Shown: one piece after another, positions 25,741 through 39,106 of the stretch | How positions within the stretch are numbered: the first letter of the stretch is position 1 | Layout of the letters: each line of letters starts with the position of its first letter | Origin: Eledone cirrhosa | Lineage: Eukaryota | NCBI GenBank assembly: GCA_964016885.1 | Contig: OZ024741.1 | Location: 263,872,001 to 263,936,000 of the forward strand | Reading direction: 5' to 3' | DNA: 64,000 bases | Program-made: the position numbers and the translations under genes | Notes under the pieces: generated by a model | The model's input: the letters and a program-made list of their open reading frames with translations, nothing else | What the model was told of the DNA's origin: nothing | Databases searched by the model: none

Positions 25741-27277
25741 GTATCAACAATAATAGTTTATTGTTGATACTACTTGAAGGGCGGTGGATTGGCAGAATCA
25801 GTAGAGCTCCATATTTTGCGGCATAGAGTTGTAATCATTATCAACTTTTTCTAATATAGGCCCCAGGCTAAAATGTTATGAGGGTGACCAGTCGATAAGA
25901 CAGACCGCAGTACTTGACTGGTTTTTTTAATTTTTTTATCATCTGTGGAGAGATAAAAGACGAAATTGACCTTTGCGAAATTTCAACCAGGACCGATACA
26001 AATACTATGAGACATTCAGTCAATCCACCGTCTTTCTCAGTGAATCAATGTATTGAGTTTAGATTATAGCTTGTAATTTACGTTTATAGTAACTAACCAC
26101 CATATCCTGTGGCCGTATCGATATCTGCCACTTTCGACATGTTCTCTAGCAGAACAGCTTTGGGAAAGACCAACCAGCAGGAGACCCAGGGTTACACATC
26201 TCGAGCAAGATGGTTGGTCTCGCTTGGGGGATACAGTCGGATGAATTGGTGACAGTTGCTTCTGACAGGACCTGCTGGCAGGAGCACTTGAGGAGTCTGT
26301 CGTGTCCCCCCCCACCCTCTCCGGAATAAATGGGCAAAGAAGAAGAAGAAGAAGGGGAAGGGGAAGGAGAAGAAGAAGAAGAAGAAGAAGAAGAAAAAGA
26401 AGGAGGGGAGGAGGAGAAGGAGAATGATTAATAATAATAATAATAAGAAGAAGTTTAGCTATATTTCACTTTAAGGTAAATCTGGTGAGATTATAAAACT
26501 AATTATAAATCTAATTATAAACTAATAAATATAGCAAACTAAATCCTCCTTTTTTTAAAAATCCTGCCATATTTAATTCCGTCGCTGGAATAAATACAGA
26601 TTCCACTGTTGAGAGTTTCCCAAATAGCAAGTCCAATACTGTAATTCCAGTTGAAGTGGCAGACGACTTCAACTCCAGAACTGATATCTGATTGTAACCT
26701 GCAAGAGAGAAATACTTTGCTACCTCCATCATTTGACCTCATGACCTTGTAGTTAGCTAATGTATTTGAAGATATTCAAATAAAGTACCAGTAAAATATT
26801 GGATGGTGGTGGTGATGTAACCGTCTATCCCCACCCCACAAATTGCTGGCCTTGTGTCAAAAACTAGAAATAATTGCGATATAAGGCAATGGATTGGCAG
26901 AATCATTAAGATGTCGAACAAAATGTGACATTAGTTATGTCCCTTTACTTTCTGAGTTCAAATCCCGCCGAGATTTGGTTTGGCATTCATCACTCCCACC
27001 AATATATATAACGGTGTACTCATGTAAGAAATCATTATTATTTGTCATGGCGGAATGGAGAAGGCGGCTTCTTGGCATAGTCGTTAGAACATCGGATAGA
27101 ATACTTTGCCCTGGTATTCATTTCCACTCACTTCTCTCTGAGTTCAAATCCCGCCGAGGTCAACTTTGCCTTTTATCCATTCGAGGTCGATAAAAAGTAC
27201 CAGTCTAGTACTGGAGTCGATTTTTCCTCTATATGCCTTTCTCACTTCCTCTCTCTCTCTCTCTATATATATATATA

Positions 27278-27496
27278 AAGGAACGATCGACTTTCGTCAA
27301 ATCGGACCGAGGGCACAATGTTTCCGTTGGTCTTTCCAATTGCTAATACTATCTATCGGTCGCAACTCCAGGTAGAAGGAGCAACGTGAAATAAAGTGTC
27401 TTGCTCAAGGACATAACGCATCGCCTGGTCCAGGAATCGAACTCACAACCTTACGATTGCGAATCCAATTCTCTAACCACTCAGCCACACGCATTC
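27278..27496 (-). mobile_element. Young tRNA-derived SINE (third family) nested in an older SINE
   Basis: Near-identical to 57733-57953. A-box TGGCTGAGTGG, B-box GAGTTCGATTCC. Apparent TSD tctctctctata(t/c)atatatat. Confidence 0.85.
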
Positions 27497-28090
27497 TCTC
27501 TCTCTATACATATATATATATATATACATACATACATATATATATTATATATATATCCTTCTCTGGAAGAAATCTGCTGTATTCAAACCTGGAGAGAAGG
27601 GATACGCCAGGTTTAGAAATGCCCGAGAAACGCTGTATGTCAAAATGGCACCTCTACGACATCCCCCAAAGTTACGAGTCCATACATATATGTATGGCAG
27701 AATAGAGTATGTGGCAGTTCCGGAACTTCTGTGATTATATGTCATATCTCTATAAGGAAAACAAATGGATTAAAACAAAAAAGTCACAGATTTTTTATTC
27801 AATAGCCGAGGAGGAAATGAAACAAGGAGAGGCTTGATAAGATTCCTCTAAAATATTCATTCTTTTAACCTATTTCATTCTACACATTTCTCTTTTATTT
27901 TTCAGATAAGTTTTTCCGGCAATTCTCTATATTCTAATCTCAACGTCTCACTGAAGAGACTATTTCTATATACAGTGGTCAAGAGTTTTAATCAGCTTCC
28001 TTCCTGTCTTCTTTTCTGTACATTCCTATCAAACACCTAATCAGATTCCCACGTTTCTTCAGCATTCTTTAACAATTTAAAGGTGATGAG

Positions 28091-28443
28091 CAGTTAAGGG
28101 CAGACTCGACAGAGTACCACTAATATGTTAGAGTGTAGCACTGAAAGTTAGACTCGACAGAGTACCGTTTGACAGTTAAGGGCAGACTCGACAGAGTGCC
28201 GTTAATATTTTAGAGTGTCGCAGTTAAGGGCAGACTCGACAGAGTACCGTTAATATTTTAGAGTGTACAGTTAAGGGCAGACTCGACAGAGTACCGTTAA
28301 TATTTTAGAGTGTAGCAGTTAAGGGCAGACTCGACAAAGTGGCGTTAATATTTTAGAGTGTAGCAGTTAAGGGCAGACTTGACAGAGTGCCGTTAATATT
28401 TTAGAGTGTAGCAGTTAAGGGCAGACTCGGCAGAGTGCCGTTA
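28091..28443. repeat. 48-bp minisatellite, ~8 copies
   Basis: Unit CAGTTAAGGGCAGACTCGACAGAGTRCCGTTAATATTTTAGAGTGTAG. Confidence 0.9.
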
Positions 28444-29927
28444 AAAAAAAAAGAAAGAATTTGTTCTCGAGTCCAAATCCCATCGAGTTGACATTTCTTT
28501 TCAGCTTTCAATCAATAAATCAATGAAGATCTAATATTATTTAATTAACTAGTCTATTCCTCCAACACATTTGTCCTATTGTTGCTTTTCTATGTATTTC
28601 TGAAATCCCGCCCAACATTTGGACCCAGAAACGGATTATGACGAGTTATAAAAAATAATAAAACTTTATATTCAGACATGTATTGTACAAGTTGTCACAT
28701 TATTATATGGTCATTTGTTAAAAAAATATAGCCTTTTGAAATATAGCCTTTTTTGATATACACTGTATAAAGAACTATTATTTTGTCACTGAATTATCAC
28801 GGGACCAGAGCTCCATTGGTAATTGAATAGTTGCTTATATTGCTTGCTTCCACTTTGTGGAAAAATTGTTATATTTAATATACAGAGCGGGGTGGTGTGG
28901 ATCCCTAAAGCCTGGGCAGAAATGTGGAGTTTATACTTCTGTAAATGTGGAGTTTATACTTCAGAAATGGGGAGTTTAATCTATCAGACATTATGAATAA
29001 ATTCCAGAAACCTTTATAGCCTGTAGTTCTATGAAGATTGACTTCCAACACCAGACAACTTATATAAATGCGACAGTACGGCCAGCAGAATATATTCGTG
29101 ATTTCTGCAAAATGTCTGCCCTGGAGCTAAACAAAATTAGAAATCGTTATTATAAAGTCACTTTTACTGAAATCACGAGAAAAATTGATTCCCCTCTGTT
29201 GAATCCTATTTAGCATTTGCAAAAGTGAGTAAATTTTCTTGTCATTCATTTTTCATTTTTCACCCTATCCCCTTTACTCAGCTACCTCGCCATTTTATTT
29301 TGCAGAAATGCAGCTTAGATTATTATCTAGGCAGGACATATAGATAAAAATTGCCAATATACTACAACTAGCTTTCAGTATAAATTAAAAACTATATTCA
29401 CATAGTCACGTATTTATTTTCAATTTCATTTCTCTGCAAAATTTTCAACGATTTTTCCTACAGCAGACAAGAAATTCGTATCAGTTGTACACCCAATCTC
29501 CATAACAATATAGATTTTTTCTTCTCTTTTCTAACCTACAGAATAAATAATATTAGGAATATTGTAGTCCTTCGTGCTATTCAAGCATCATCAGATTATT
29601 GCAATGACAAAATCATATATTTTCACTAGCTCTGACAGTTGGCAGGTAAGCAGTATACTGTACTGATGAAAGATAATCACCCAGAAACATTAGTGTCTGC
29701 AGTTCTGTTTACATGCCAACACAAGAGCAAGAATGATGGTATCATTCTACTGACATGGCTTAAAGAAACTGTTTGCATAATTGAAAACGAATCGAATATT
29801 ATTATGTATTCAGCCATGTAGAGCGATAAACTATCTGTTAGTTATTTTTTTTTCCTTTTCTTTTAATTTTCAAGAAATAAACTTTGATAAGGATGATATA
29901 TACACGTATATATATATATATATATAA

Positions 29928-30110
29928 TAATTATTTCTACTTTAGGCATAAGGCCAGCAATTACCCAGTACATTACTGGTACTTTATTTTATCGACCCCG
30001 TAAGGATGAAAGGCAAAGTCAACCTCGGCGGGATTTGAACTCAGATCGTAAAGGGACGTAACTATGCTGGAAAGCATGGCCTCCGACCCTCTACCGATAC
30101 TGCCAATCCA
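29928..30110 (-). mobile_element. Abundant SINE copy
   Basis: Core + B-box + head. Confidence 0.85.
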
Positions 30111-30285
30111 CATAATAATAAAGAGAGATAAACACAGATATATACATATATGTGTTCAAATCGTAAGGGACCAGATTCACTGGGGTGAATAGGATACTAT
30201 CTATGAACAACACGGTTTGCCAGGCTCAATTAAAAGAATAAATTAAGAAAAAGTACAAACTGAAATTGTGACAACTGCCAATTGT

Positions 30286-30365
30286 ACATCCAGACAGCCT
30301 TTGGCAATGCTGTTTCGCAATTAAGTGAATGGGAATTACCAATTCTATTGTTCGTCAGTGGATGT
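30286..30365 (-). ncRNA. Type I hammerhead ribozyme with full stem III
   Basis: ACAUCCA-CUGACGA-stem II-GAAA-CAGC(loop)GCUG-UC^UGGAUGU, inside a ~30120-30510 element related to 55700-56135. Confidence 0.85.
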
Positions 30366-30518
30366 CCGAGTGACTAAAACCTTTCACTTCTAGGTTTCTT
30401 AGAAAACTAAATGAGGCGCGTGTTTAGAATAACGCATATGGCATTCAGTGCCTTATTTTTCCTTGAGCTGTTTTAATTGTAAGGGACTACTTTGAGTTTC
30501 TAACTCAATATATACTTT

Positions 30519-30580
<62 letters not shown>

Positions 30581-30581
30581 T

Positions 30582-30745
30582 ATAAGAACAGATTAAAGTT
30601 TAAGCAAATAATCGCTGCTTTCACCCTTAACGGGATCTTCTGACATTAAAAAATCATGCGTCCACAGATTCCTTTTTTTTTTTAGTTTTAAAAGATCCCG
30701 TTAAGGATGAAAACACCGATTCTTTGCTTAAACTTTATTTATTAT
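30582..30745. mobile_element. Fold-back PLE terminus
   Basis: AAAGTTTAAGCAAA.AATCG..TTCA.CCTTAACGGGATCTT present as inverted arms. Same terminus at 50580 and 63225, related one at 20760. Confidence 0.65.
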
Positions 30746-30759
30746 TTATTATTACTATA

Positions 30760-30809
<50 letters not shown>

Positions 30810-31188
30810 TGTGTGTGTGTGTGTCTGTGTGTGTGTGTAGGTGTATATATATGTATTATGTGTGTGAATGTGTATGCATGTATGTGTATGCATATATATA
30901 TATATATATGTATATGTATGTTTATATATGTATATATGTATGTGTGTATACACATATATATATATATATATATATGTGTGTTTGTGGGGAAGCGCATACG
31001 TGAATACATATAAACATATATATGCACACACACATGCACGCATATATATATATATCTATATCTATATATATATATATCTTATAATAATAATAATTAAGCT
31101 CTGTTGCTTACATAGAGCACTCTTTTTTCCTGGACTTTTCCGATGGAATTACTTCATTTATATATCTATATATATATATATATATATA

Positions 31189-31221
<33 letters not shown>

Positions 31222-31784
31222 ATATATATATATCTATATATATATAGATATATATATGCGTGTTCGCCCAAATACAAAAATATTTGTCTCTCGAGAAACT
31301 CTCTCTCTCTCTATCTCTCTCTTTCCCTCTTGTTCTCCCTCTCTCTATCTCTTTCTTTCACCCACTCTCTCTCTATTTGGATAAATTGGTTTAATTAAAA
31401 AAGAATAACTAAATGAAATAGGTAAATAAATCTAGTTTATAATAACCCTGGTTATGGTGGGGTGGTGGTGGCTAACAGAAAAAAATAGGTCGAGTCAAAA
31501 TATTTCTAATATATTTTCATATATTTACTTGAGGATTACACAAATATTCTATATACAGCTGACACGATTTAGGTCTTTAAATTTTAGTTGGAAACATATG
31601 TACTTTCGTTTTTATGTTGTCTATGCTACCTATGGCGTCACATGTGTACAAATAAATCCGTATATATATCCAACACGCTACAACCATGAGAGCACAGACA
31701 ACAACAACTTCTCCTTCTTCTTCATTATGCCCCCTTCCTCCCCACCCCTCCTCCTCCTCCTCCTCCTCCTCCTCCTTCATCTTC

Positions 31785-32165
31785 TTCGCCCACATATTCA
31801 TGAGAGCGTCGTGGGTGGGCAGAGTAGTCAAATACTCCTTTCAGCGAGTCCTGTCAGAATCAACCGTCTCCAACCGTCCGACTCGATCCCAAGCGTGACC
31901 AGCTCATGGTTGTTATCCAACCATCTTTCTCGAGGTCTACCCCTGGGTCTTCTGCTCGTTTCGTTTGCCCCGTAAAATATGTCCAGCGATTCTTTCCAGA
32001 AACATCCTAACTTCATGCCCATAGTATCGGAGCTGTGACCTCTCAATTCGGAGAAGTAGCGGTTCTACATGGAGCGATCTCCGAGCTTCGCACTGTATAT
32101 AGAAACCTTACTCTAAACACCATTCGGAAGAATCGCATGTCGGCTGCTTATATTCGCGATCGTAT
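31785..32165 (-). mobile_element. RTE-clade LINE 3' fragment
   Basis: RRPRGRPRERWLDN motif in the ORF track (31828-32046). Confidence 0.8.
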
Positions 32166-33317
32166 TTTTACATTTTTTCAAATTTTATTATACTTATATA
32201 AAATAATTGTTTCTACTTTTGGCACAAGGCCAACAATTATCCCAGTGCATTGCTGTTACTTTATTTTATCGACCCCGTACAGAATTTGAACTCAAACCGT
32301 AAAGGGCCGTAGCTTTCCACCGCCTATATAAAATAATGAAATTTGTACTCTTTTTCAAAATAAAAATATTTATTAAATTAAGCCATAATGCGATGAAACA
32401 AATTTATCAATTTATATATTTGTAATAAATATATATTATGTAAAGCGGTTTCAGATTCAGGCACAAGGCCAACAATTTGGGTAGGTGGGAAAAGTCGATT
32501 AAATCGAACCCAGTGCATTACTGGTGCTTTATTTTATGCACCCTTTAAGGATGAAAAGCAAAGCTAACCTCAGCGAGATTTGAACTCAGAGCGTAAAGGG
32601 CCGTAATTCTACGCCGCAAAGCATATTGTCTGACGCTCTACCGATACGGCCAATCCACCGCCCTTGTATTATGAATAACGATAATTGATTATCAATTACA
32701 ATAATATAATTACAATGATATAATTACAATAATATAATTACAATAATATTGTAATAGTCTCGGAGACTGACGGCTAATTGGCAGAGTCATTAGAAGGTCG
32801 GATAGAATGCTTTATGGTATTCCTTCAGTCTCTGTGTTCTTTCTGAGTTCAAATTTGCCTTTGATGCATTCGAGGTTGATAAAAAAAATACCAGTCTAGT
32901 ACTGGAGTTAATCCCCCCCCCTCTCTCTCTCTCTCTCTCTCTTAAAATACCTGAGAAATGCCGTATGTCAGTACGGCGCCCCTACGACTTCCCCAGGAAT
33001 TACGGGATCCTCCACACACTCTCGGAAACAATAAATTACTTTGTTCCATGTGTAAATCAATTCTATCTGGCCAACATGTATAACAATATTACAAAGCTGT
33101 TTATACAAACAACAAAACAAATGTTTAAAGGGGAACAAAACAAAAAGGAGAAAAAGAAAAAAAGAATCAAGCAACGAAAGAAAGGGAAAGGGGGAGGGCA
33201 GGCACTATACCCCTGTCTGAGTGGTTTCAGTAAAGACATTACCGCAGAGAATAGCCAGAGTCACCCGCAGCAACAACCACCCACTTCATGGGGCTCCTTC
33301 CTCAAGCGGGCTGCTTG

Positions 33318-36300
33318 ATGTCTTCTCCATCCTGTCCGTTGTGACCACGAGGTGGAGTGTCTGTTCCAGCACGTCTCCCTCCCCATCCTCTGGGACAATG
33401 TCTTCTCCATCCTGTCCGCTGTGACCACGAGGTGGAGTGTCTGTTCCAGCACGTCTCCCTCACCATCCTCTGGGACAATGTCTTCTCCATCCTGTCCGTT
33501 GTGACCACGAGGTGGAGTGTCTGTTCCAGCACGTCTCCCTCACCATCCTCTGGGACAATGTCTTCTCCATCCTGTCCGCTGTGACCACGAGGTGGAGTGT
33601 CTGTTCCAGCACGTCTCCCTCACCATCCTCTGGGACAATGTCTTCTCCATCCTGTCCGTTGTGACCACGAGGTGGAGTGTCTGTTCCAGCACGTCTCCCT
33701 CACCATCCTCTGGGACAATGTCTTCTCCATCCTGTCCGTTGTGACCACGAGGTGGAGTGTCTGTTCCAGCACGTCTCCCTCACCATCCTCTGGGACAATG
33801 TCTTCTCCATCCTGTCCGTTGTGACCACGAGGTGGAGTGTCTGTTCCAGCACGTCTCCCTCTCCATCCTCTGGGACAATGTCTTCTCCATCCTGTCCGTT
33901 GTGACCACGAGGTGGAGTGTCTGTTCCAGCACGTCTCCCTCACCATCCTCTGGGACAATGTCTTCTCCATGCTGTCCGTTGTGACCACGAGGTGGAGTGT
34001 CTGTTCCAGCACGTCTCCCTCACCATCCTCTGGGACAATGTCTTCTCCATCCTGTCCGTTGTGACCACGAGGTGGAGTGTCTGTTCCAGCACGTCTCCCT
34101 CACCATCCTCTGGGACAATGTCTTCTCCATCCTGTCCGTTGTGACCACGAGGTGGAGTGTCTGTTCCAGCACGTCTCCCTCACCATCCTCTGGGACAATG
34201 TCTTCTCCATCCTGTCCGTTGTGACCACGAGGTGGAGTGTCTGTTCCAGCACGTCTCCCTCTCCATCCTCTGGGACAATGTCTTCTCCATCCTGTCCGTT
34301 GTGACCACGAGGTGGAGTGTCTGTTCCAGCACGTCTCCCTCACCATCCTCTGGGACAATGTCTTCTCCATCCTGTCCGTTGTGACCACGAGGTGGAGTGT
34401 CTGTTCCAGCACGTCTCCCTCACCATCCTCTGGGACAATGTCTTCTCCATCCTGTCCGTTGTGACCACGAGGTGGAGTGTCTGTTCCAGCACGTCTCCCT
34501 CACCATCCTCTGGGACAATGTCTTCTCTATCCTGTCCGTTGTGACCACGAGGTGGAGTGTCTGTTCCAGCACGTCTCCCTCACCATCCTCTCGGACAATG
34601 TCTTCTCTATCCTGTCCGTTGTGACCACGAGGTGGAGTGTCTGTTCCAGCACGTCTCCCTCACCATCCTCTGAGACAATGTCTTCTCTATCCTGTCCGTT
34701 GTGACCACGAGGTGGAGTGTCTGTTCCAGCACGTCTCCCTCACCATCCTCTCGGACAATGTCTTCTCCATCCTGTCCGTTGTGACCACGAGGTGGAGTGT
34801 CTGTTCCAGCACGTCTCCCTCTCCATCCCCTGGGACAATGTCTTCTCCATCCTGTCCGTTGTGACCACGAGGTGGAGTGTCTGTTCCAGCACGTCTCCCT
34901 CACCATCCTCTCGGACAATGTCTTCTCTATCCTGTCCGTTGTGACCACGAGGTGGAGTGTCTGTTCCAGCACGTCTCCCTCACCATCCTCTGGGACAATG
35001 TCTTCTCCATCCTGTCCGTTGTGACCACGAGGGGGAGTGTCTGTTCCAGCACGTCTCCCTCACCATCCTCTGGAACAATGTCTTCTCCATCCTGTCCGTT
35101 GTGACCACGAGGGGGAGTGTCTGTTCCAGCACGTCTCCCTCACCATCCTCTGGGACAATGTCTTCTCCATCCTGTCCGTTGTGACCACGAGGTGGAGTGT
35201 CTGTTCCAGCACGTCTCCCTCACCATCCTCTGGGACAATGTCTTCTCCATGCTGTCCGTTGTGACCACGAGGTGGAGTGTCTGTTCCAGCACGTCTCCCT
35301 CACCATCCTCTGGGACAATGTCTTCTCCATCCTGTCCGTTGTGACCACGAGGTGGAGTGTCTGTTCCAGCACGTCTCCTTCACCATCCTCTGAGACAATG
35401 TCTTCTCCATCCTGCCCGTTGTGACCACGAGGTGGAGTGTCTGTTCCAGCACGTCTCCCTCACCATCCTCTGGGACAATGTCTTCTCCATCCTGTCCGTT
35501 GTGACCACGAGGTGGAGTGTCTGTTCCAGCACGTCTCCTTCACCATCCTCTGAGACAATGTCTTCTCCATCCTGTCCGTTGTGACCACGAGGTGGAGTGT
35601 CTGTTCCAGCACGTCTCCCTCACCATCCTCTGGGACAATGTCTTCTCCATCCTGCCCGTTGTGACCACGAGGTGGAGTGTCTGTTCCAGCACGTCTCCCT
35701 CACCATCCTCTGGGACAATGTCTTCTCCATCCTGTCCGTTGTGACCACGGGGTGGAGTGTCTGTTCCAGCACGTCTCCTTCACCATCCTCTGGGACAATG
35801 TCTTCTCCATGCTGTCCGTTGTGACCACGAGATGGAGTGTCTGTTCCAGCACGTCTCCCTCACCATCCTCTGGGACAATGTCTTCTCCATCCTGTCCGTT
35901 GTGACCACGAGGTGGAGTGTCTGTTCCAGCACGTCTCCCTCACCATCCTCTGGGACAATGTCTTCTCTATCCTGTCCGTTGTGACCACGAGGTGGAGTGT
36001 CTGTTCCAGCACGTCTCCCTCACCATCCTCTGGGACAATGTCTTCTCCATGCTGTCCGCTGTGACCACGAGGTGGAGTGTCTGTTCCAGCACGTCTCCCT
36101 CACCATCCTCTCGGACAATGTCTTCTCCATCCTGTCCGTTGTGACCACGAGGTGGAGTGTCTGTTCCAGCACGTCTCCCTCACCATCCTCTGGGACAATG
36201 TCTTCTCTATCCTGTCCGTTGTGACCACGAGGTGGAGTGTCTGTTCCAGCACGTCTCCCTCACCATCCCCTGGGACAATGTCTTCTCTATCCTGTCCGTT

Positions 36301-36509
36301 GTGACTACGAGGTGGAGTGTCTGTTCCAGCACGTCTCCCTCACCATCCTCTCGGACAATGTCTTCTCCATACTGTCCGTTGTGACCACGAGGTGGAGTGT
36401 CTGTTCCAGCACGTCTCCCTCACCATCCTCTCGGACAATGTGTTCTCCATCCTGTCCGTTGTGACCACGAGGTGGAGTGTCTGTTCCAGCACGTCTCCCT
36501 CACCATCCT
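33318..36509 (+). repeat. 80-bp tandem satellite (~40 copies) derived from CRE-like retrotransposon C-terminal sequence
   Basis: Exact 80-bp period with only a few substitutions per unit. Unit reads HEVECLFQHVSLTILWDNVFSIL, homologous to EVEWLFQHVSLVALRDTAFSIM at ~22585-22652. Confidence 0.92.
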
Positions 36510-36552
36510 GTGTGTATGTAAATATATATTTGTCTATCTGTCAACCTATATG

Positions 36553-36770
36553 TGGAGGCGCGTGGCCTAGTGGTAAAGCTGTTGGATTAATGATCATAAT
36601 GTCGTGGGTTCGATTCCTTGGATGGGTTGCAAATCACTTAATTTCCCTTCATTTGCTCCAATATACTCAGCTGTAAATGAGTAACCCTGCGATGGACTGG
36701 TGTCCTGTCCACGTCATGAAACTAGGATAAGGCCCGGCTTAACGAGCCTTCTGGCTTAAGACAGACTTTA
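36553..36770 (+). mobile_element. tRNA-derived SINE, second family
   Basis: GGCGCGTGGCCTAGTGG A-box, GGGTTCGATTCC B-box, tail AACCCTGCGATGGACTGG. Confidence 0.8.
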
Positions 36771-37159
36771 GTGTATCTATATGATGGTGTGTTTTTCTGT
36801 GTGTGTTTTGCTTTCTTTTGTGTTATGTATGTCTATGTGCATATGTTTGTTTGTGTGTGTGTGTGTATGTTTGTTTGTATGTGTGTGTGTTTGCTTGTGT
36901 GTGTGTGTGTGCATATGTTTGTTTGTGTGTGTGTTTGTTTGTTTGTTTGTATGTGTGTGTGTTTGTTTGTATGTGTGTGTGTTTGTTTGTGTGTGTGCAT
37001 ATGTTTGTTTGTGTGTGTATGTTTGTGTGTGTGTATTTTGTTTGTATGTGTGTGTGTTTGTTTGTGTGTGTGTTTGTGTGCGTGCGTGTGTGTGTTTGCC
37101 TATACTCTTATAAGTACTAAGCTTCCAATATTTGTAGAATATCTTGGACACAACAACCG

Positions 37160-38515
37160 ATAAATTAGCTCTCCTTTTGAAGAATATACTTTTATAATCC
37201 AAGAAATACCTGATGCACAAACGAGATAGGGATGCAGAAAAAACACCTAGATGTGACATCAGAGGCAGACTATCCCTATGGAATAAACACCGATGATTTC
37301 ACCCACATCATAAGCAACTGTCCAGAGATGTCATCACGATACTATCTACCTATGAGGTGGGATATAGTGAAATAAGCTCACAACTTTCAACACCATCCCC
37401 CACTTTCTCAACCAGATTTGACGATATTCAAAACTTACCGATCGTTGAGTAATGCAAATAACTTCGAACTGGACATATACCTTTGAACTACATTCTATCA
37501 AGAATAGGTCGTAGAAATTCACCACTATGTTCTTGTGGTGTATCTCCAGAAACTCTTTGACACTATTTGTTCCAATGTAGAAACTATCAGTCTGAGAGAG
37601 AGGCTATGCTGAAACCAATCTTTAAAAAAACGACCAATATTGGAAGTTCAATATATGGTTAAAGGTCTACCATATATAAACAAAATCTTTGAATAAATGG
37701 AAGCTAAGAAAAGATCCAACAAGAGAAACTTGTTTTACAACTGCCCTTGTTTCCTGTTTTCTTTTTCGTTTTGTTATGACATAATCTGTCTCCCATTGGC
37801 CTTCAATGTTTCAAATGTTATTTTGTTTATTTATTTATTACATGTCTCACTACCTCTTTTTGATTACCAACTGTAAGAAGTACTCGACACTTCCCATAGT
37901 CTGTCATGGCTTACTAGCACTATACGGACGTTTAAATTGATTAAATGAATAAATAAACACTATACAATGCAATCCATAGAAAAATAGTCATGGGGTTATA
38001 AAAATAAAAGTTACAGCAATGTGGAAGGCTTATGTACTGGTAGAATGTTCCAGTCAAAACCCCAATAAAATTTGAACATAACAGACCAGACATAATGATA
38101 TGGGACAAGGAAAAGAAGGCATGCACAGTAGTGGAAGTCAGCTGCCCAACAGATGTTAAGATAGTGTTAAAGATTAGCGAAAAGGAAAACATTTATGCTG
38201 AACTAATTAGGAATCTGCAGATACTCCACCCTGACTATATCTTTAGATTCGTACCTGCGATCATTGGGGCTCTTGCATACATTACTAACTGCCCCAGTAC
38301 AAATCTTGAGGAATCTGCAGATACTCCACCTTGCCTAATACTTTTAGATTTACACATATGATCATTGGAGCTCTTAGATACGTTACTAACTGTCTCAGTA
38401 CAAATCTCGAGACACTAGGCTTTACAGAACGAGAAAGAGCAAGGCTAGTTACGAAATTGAAAGTACAGTCCATTAATGGAACTGTAAAATATGTAAGACA
38501 TTCCAGACATTTAGC
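37160..38515 (+). mobile_element. Decayed R4/Dong-like (RLE) retrotransposon C-terminal fragments
   Basis: THIISNCPEMSSRYYLPMR (CCHC remnant, ~37300) and HNRPDIMIWDKEKKACTVVEVSCPTD..EKENIYAEL (PD..D/ExK nuclease, ~38075-38200), with unrelated sequence between. Confidence 0.7.
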
Positions 38516-38630
38516 ATGTAGTAACTGCATATGTACATATATAGATGTATAAACACATATATATATATGTGCACATATATTTCATGCAGATCCACACATG
38601 CAATAACACCCATACCTGTACACACACACA

Positions 38631-38828
<198 letters not shown>

Positions 38829-38908
38829 CAGGCGTACATACATATATTGTTGATGTCTTAATTCTAATGAAAACCTTGTTTCTGTTGTAGAAAGAGTCTC
38901 TTTCGCCA

Positions 38909-38973
<65 letters not shown>

Positions 38974-39073
38974 TCTCTGTTCCCCTTTCTTTCTATTTAT
39001 CTATGTTTCTCCCATCTCTCTATCTTTCTCTTTCCACCCTCTTTCTCTATCCATCCTATATCTATGTCCTCTA

Positions 39074-39106
<33 letters not shown>

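Noticed and set aside
29542-29645. Coding exon bounded by a good acceptor and a GTAAG donor
   Set aside because: Stop codons in all three frames. Could at most be non-coding.
33318-36509. CRISPR array or repeat-protein gene (many 75-aa ORFs)
   Set aside because: No unique spacers and no cas genes. The 80-bp period is not a multiple of 3, so the ORFs are frame-cycling artefacts.
36553-36625. Functional tRNA genes (also at 57733)
   Set aside because: A and B boxes are present, but there is no proper cloverleaf and the sequence continues into SINE bodies.
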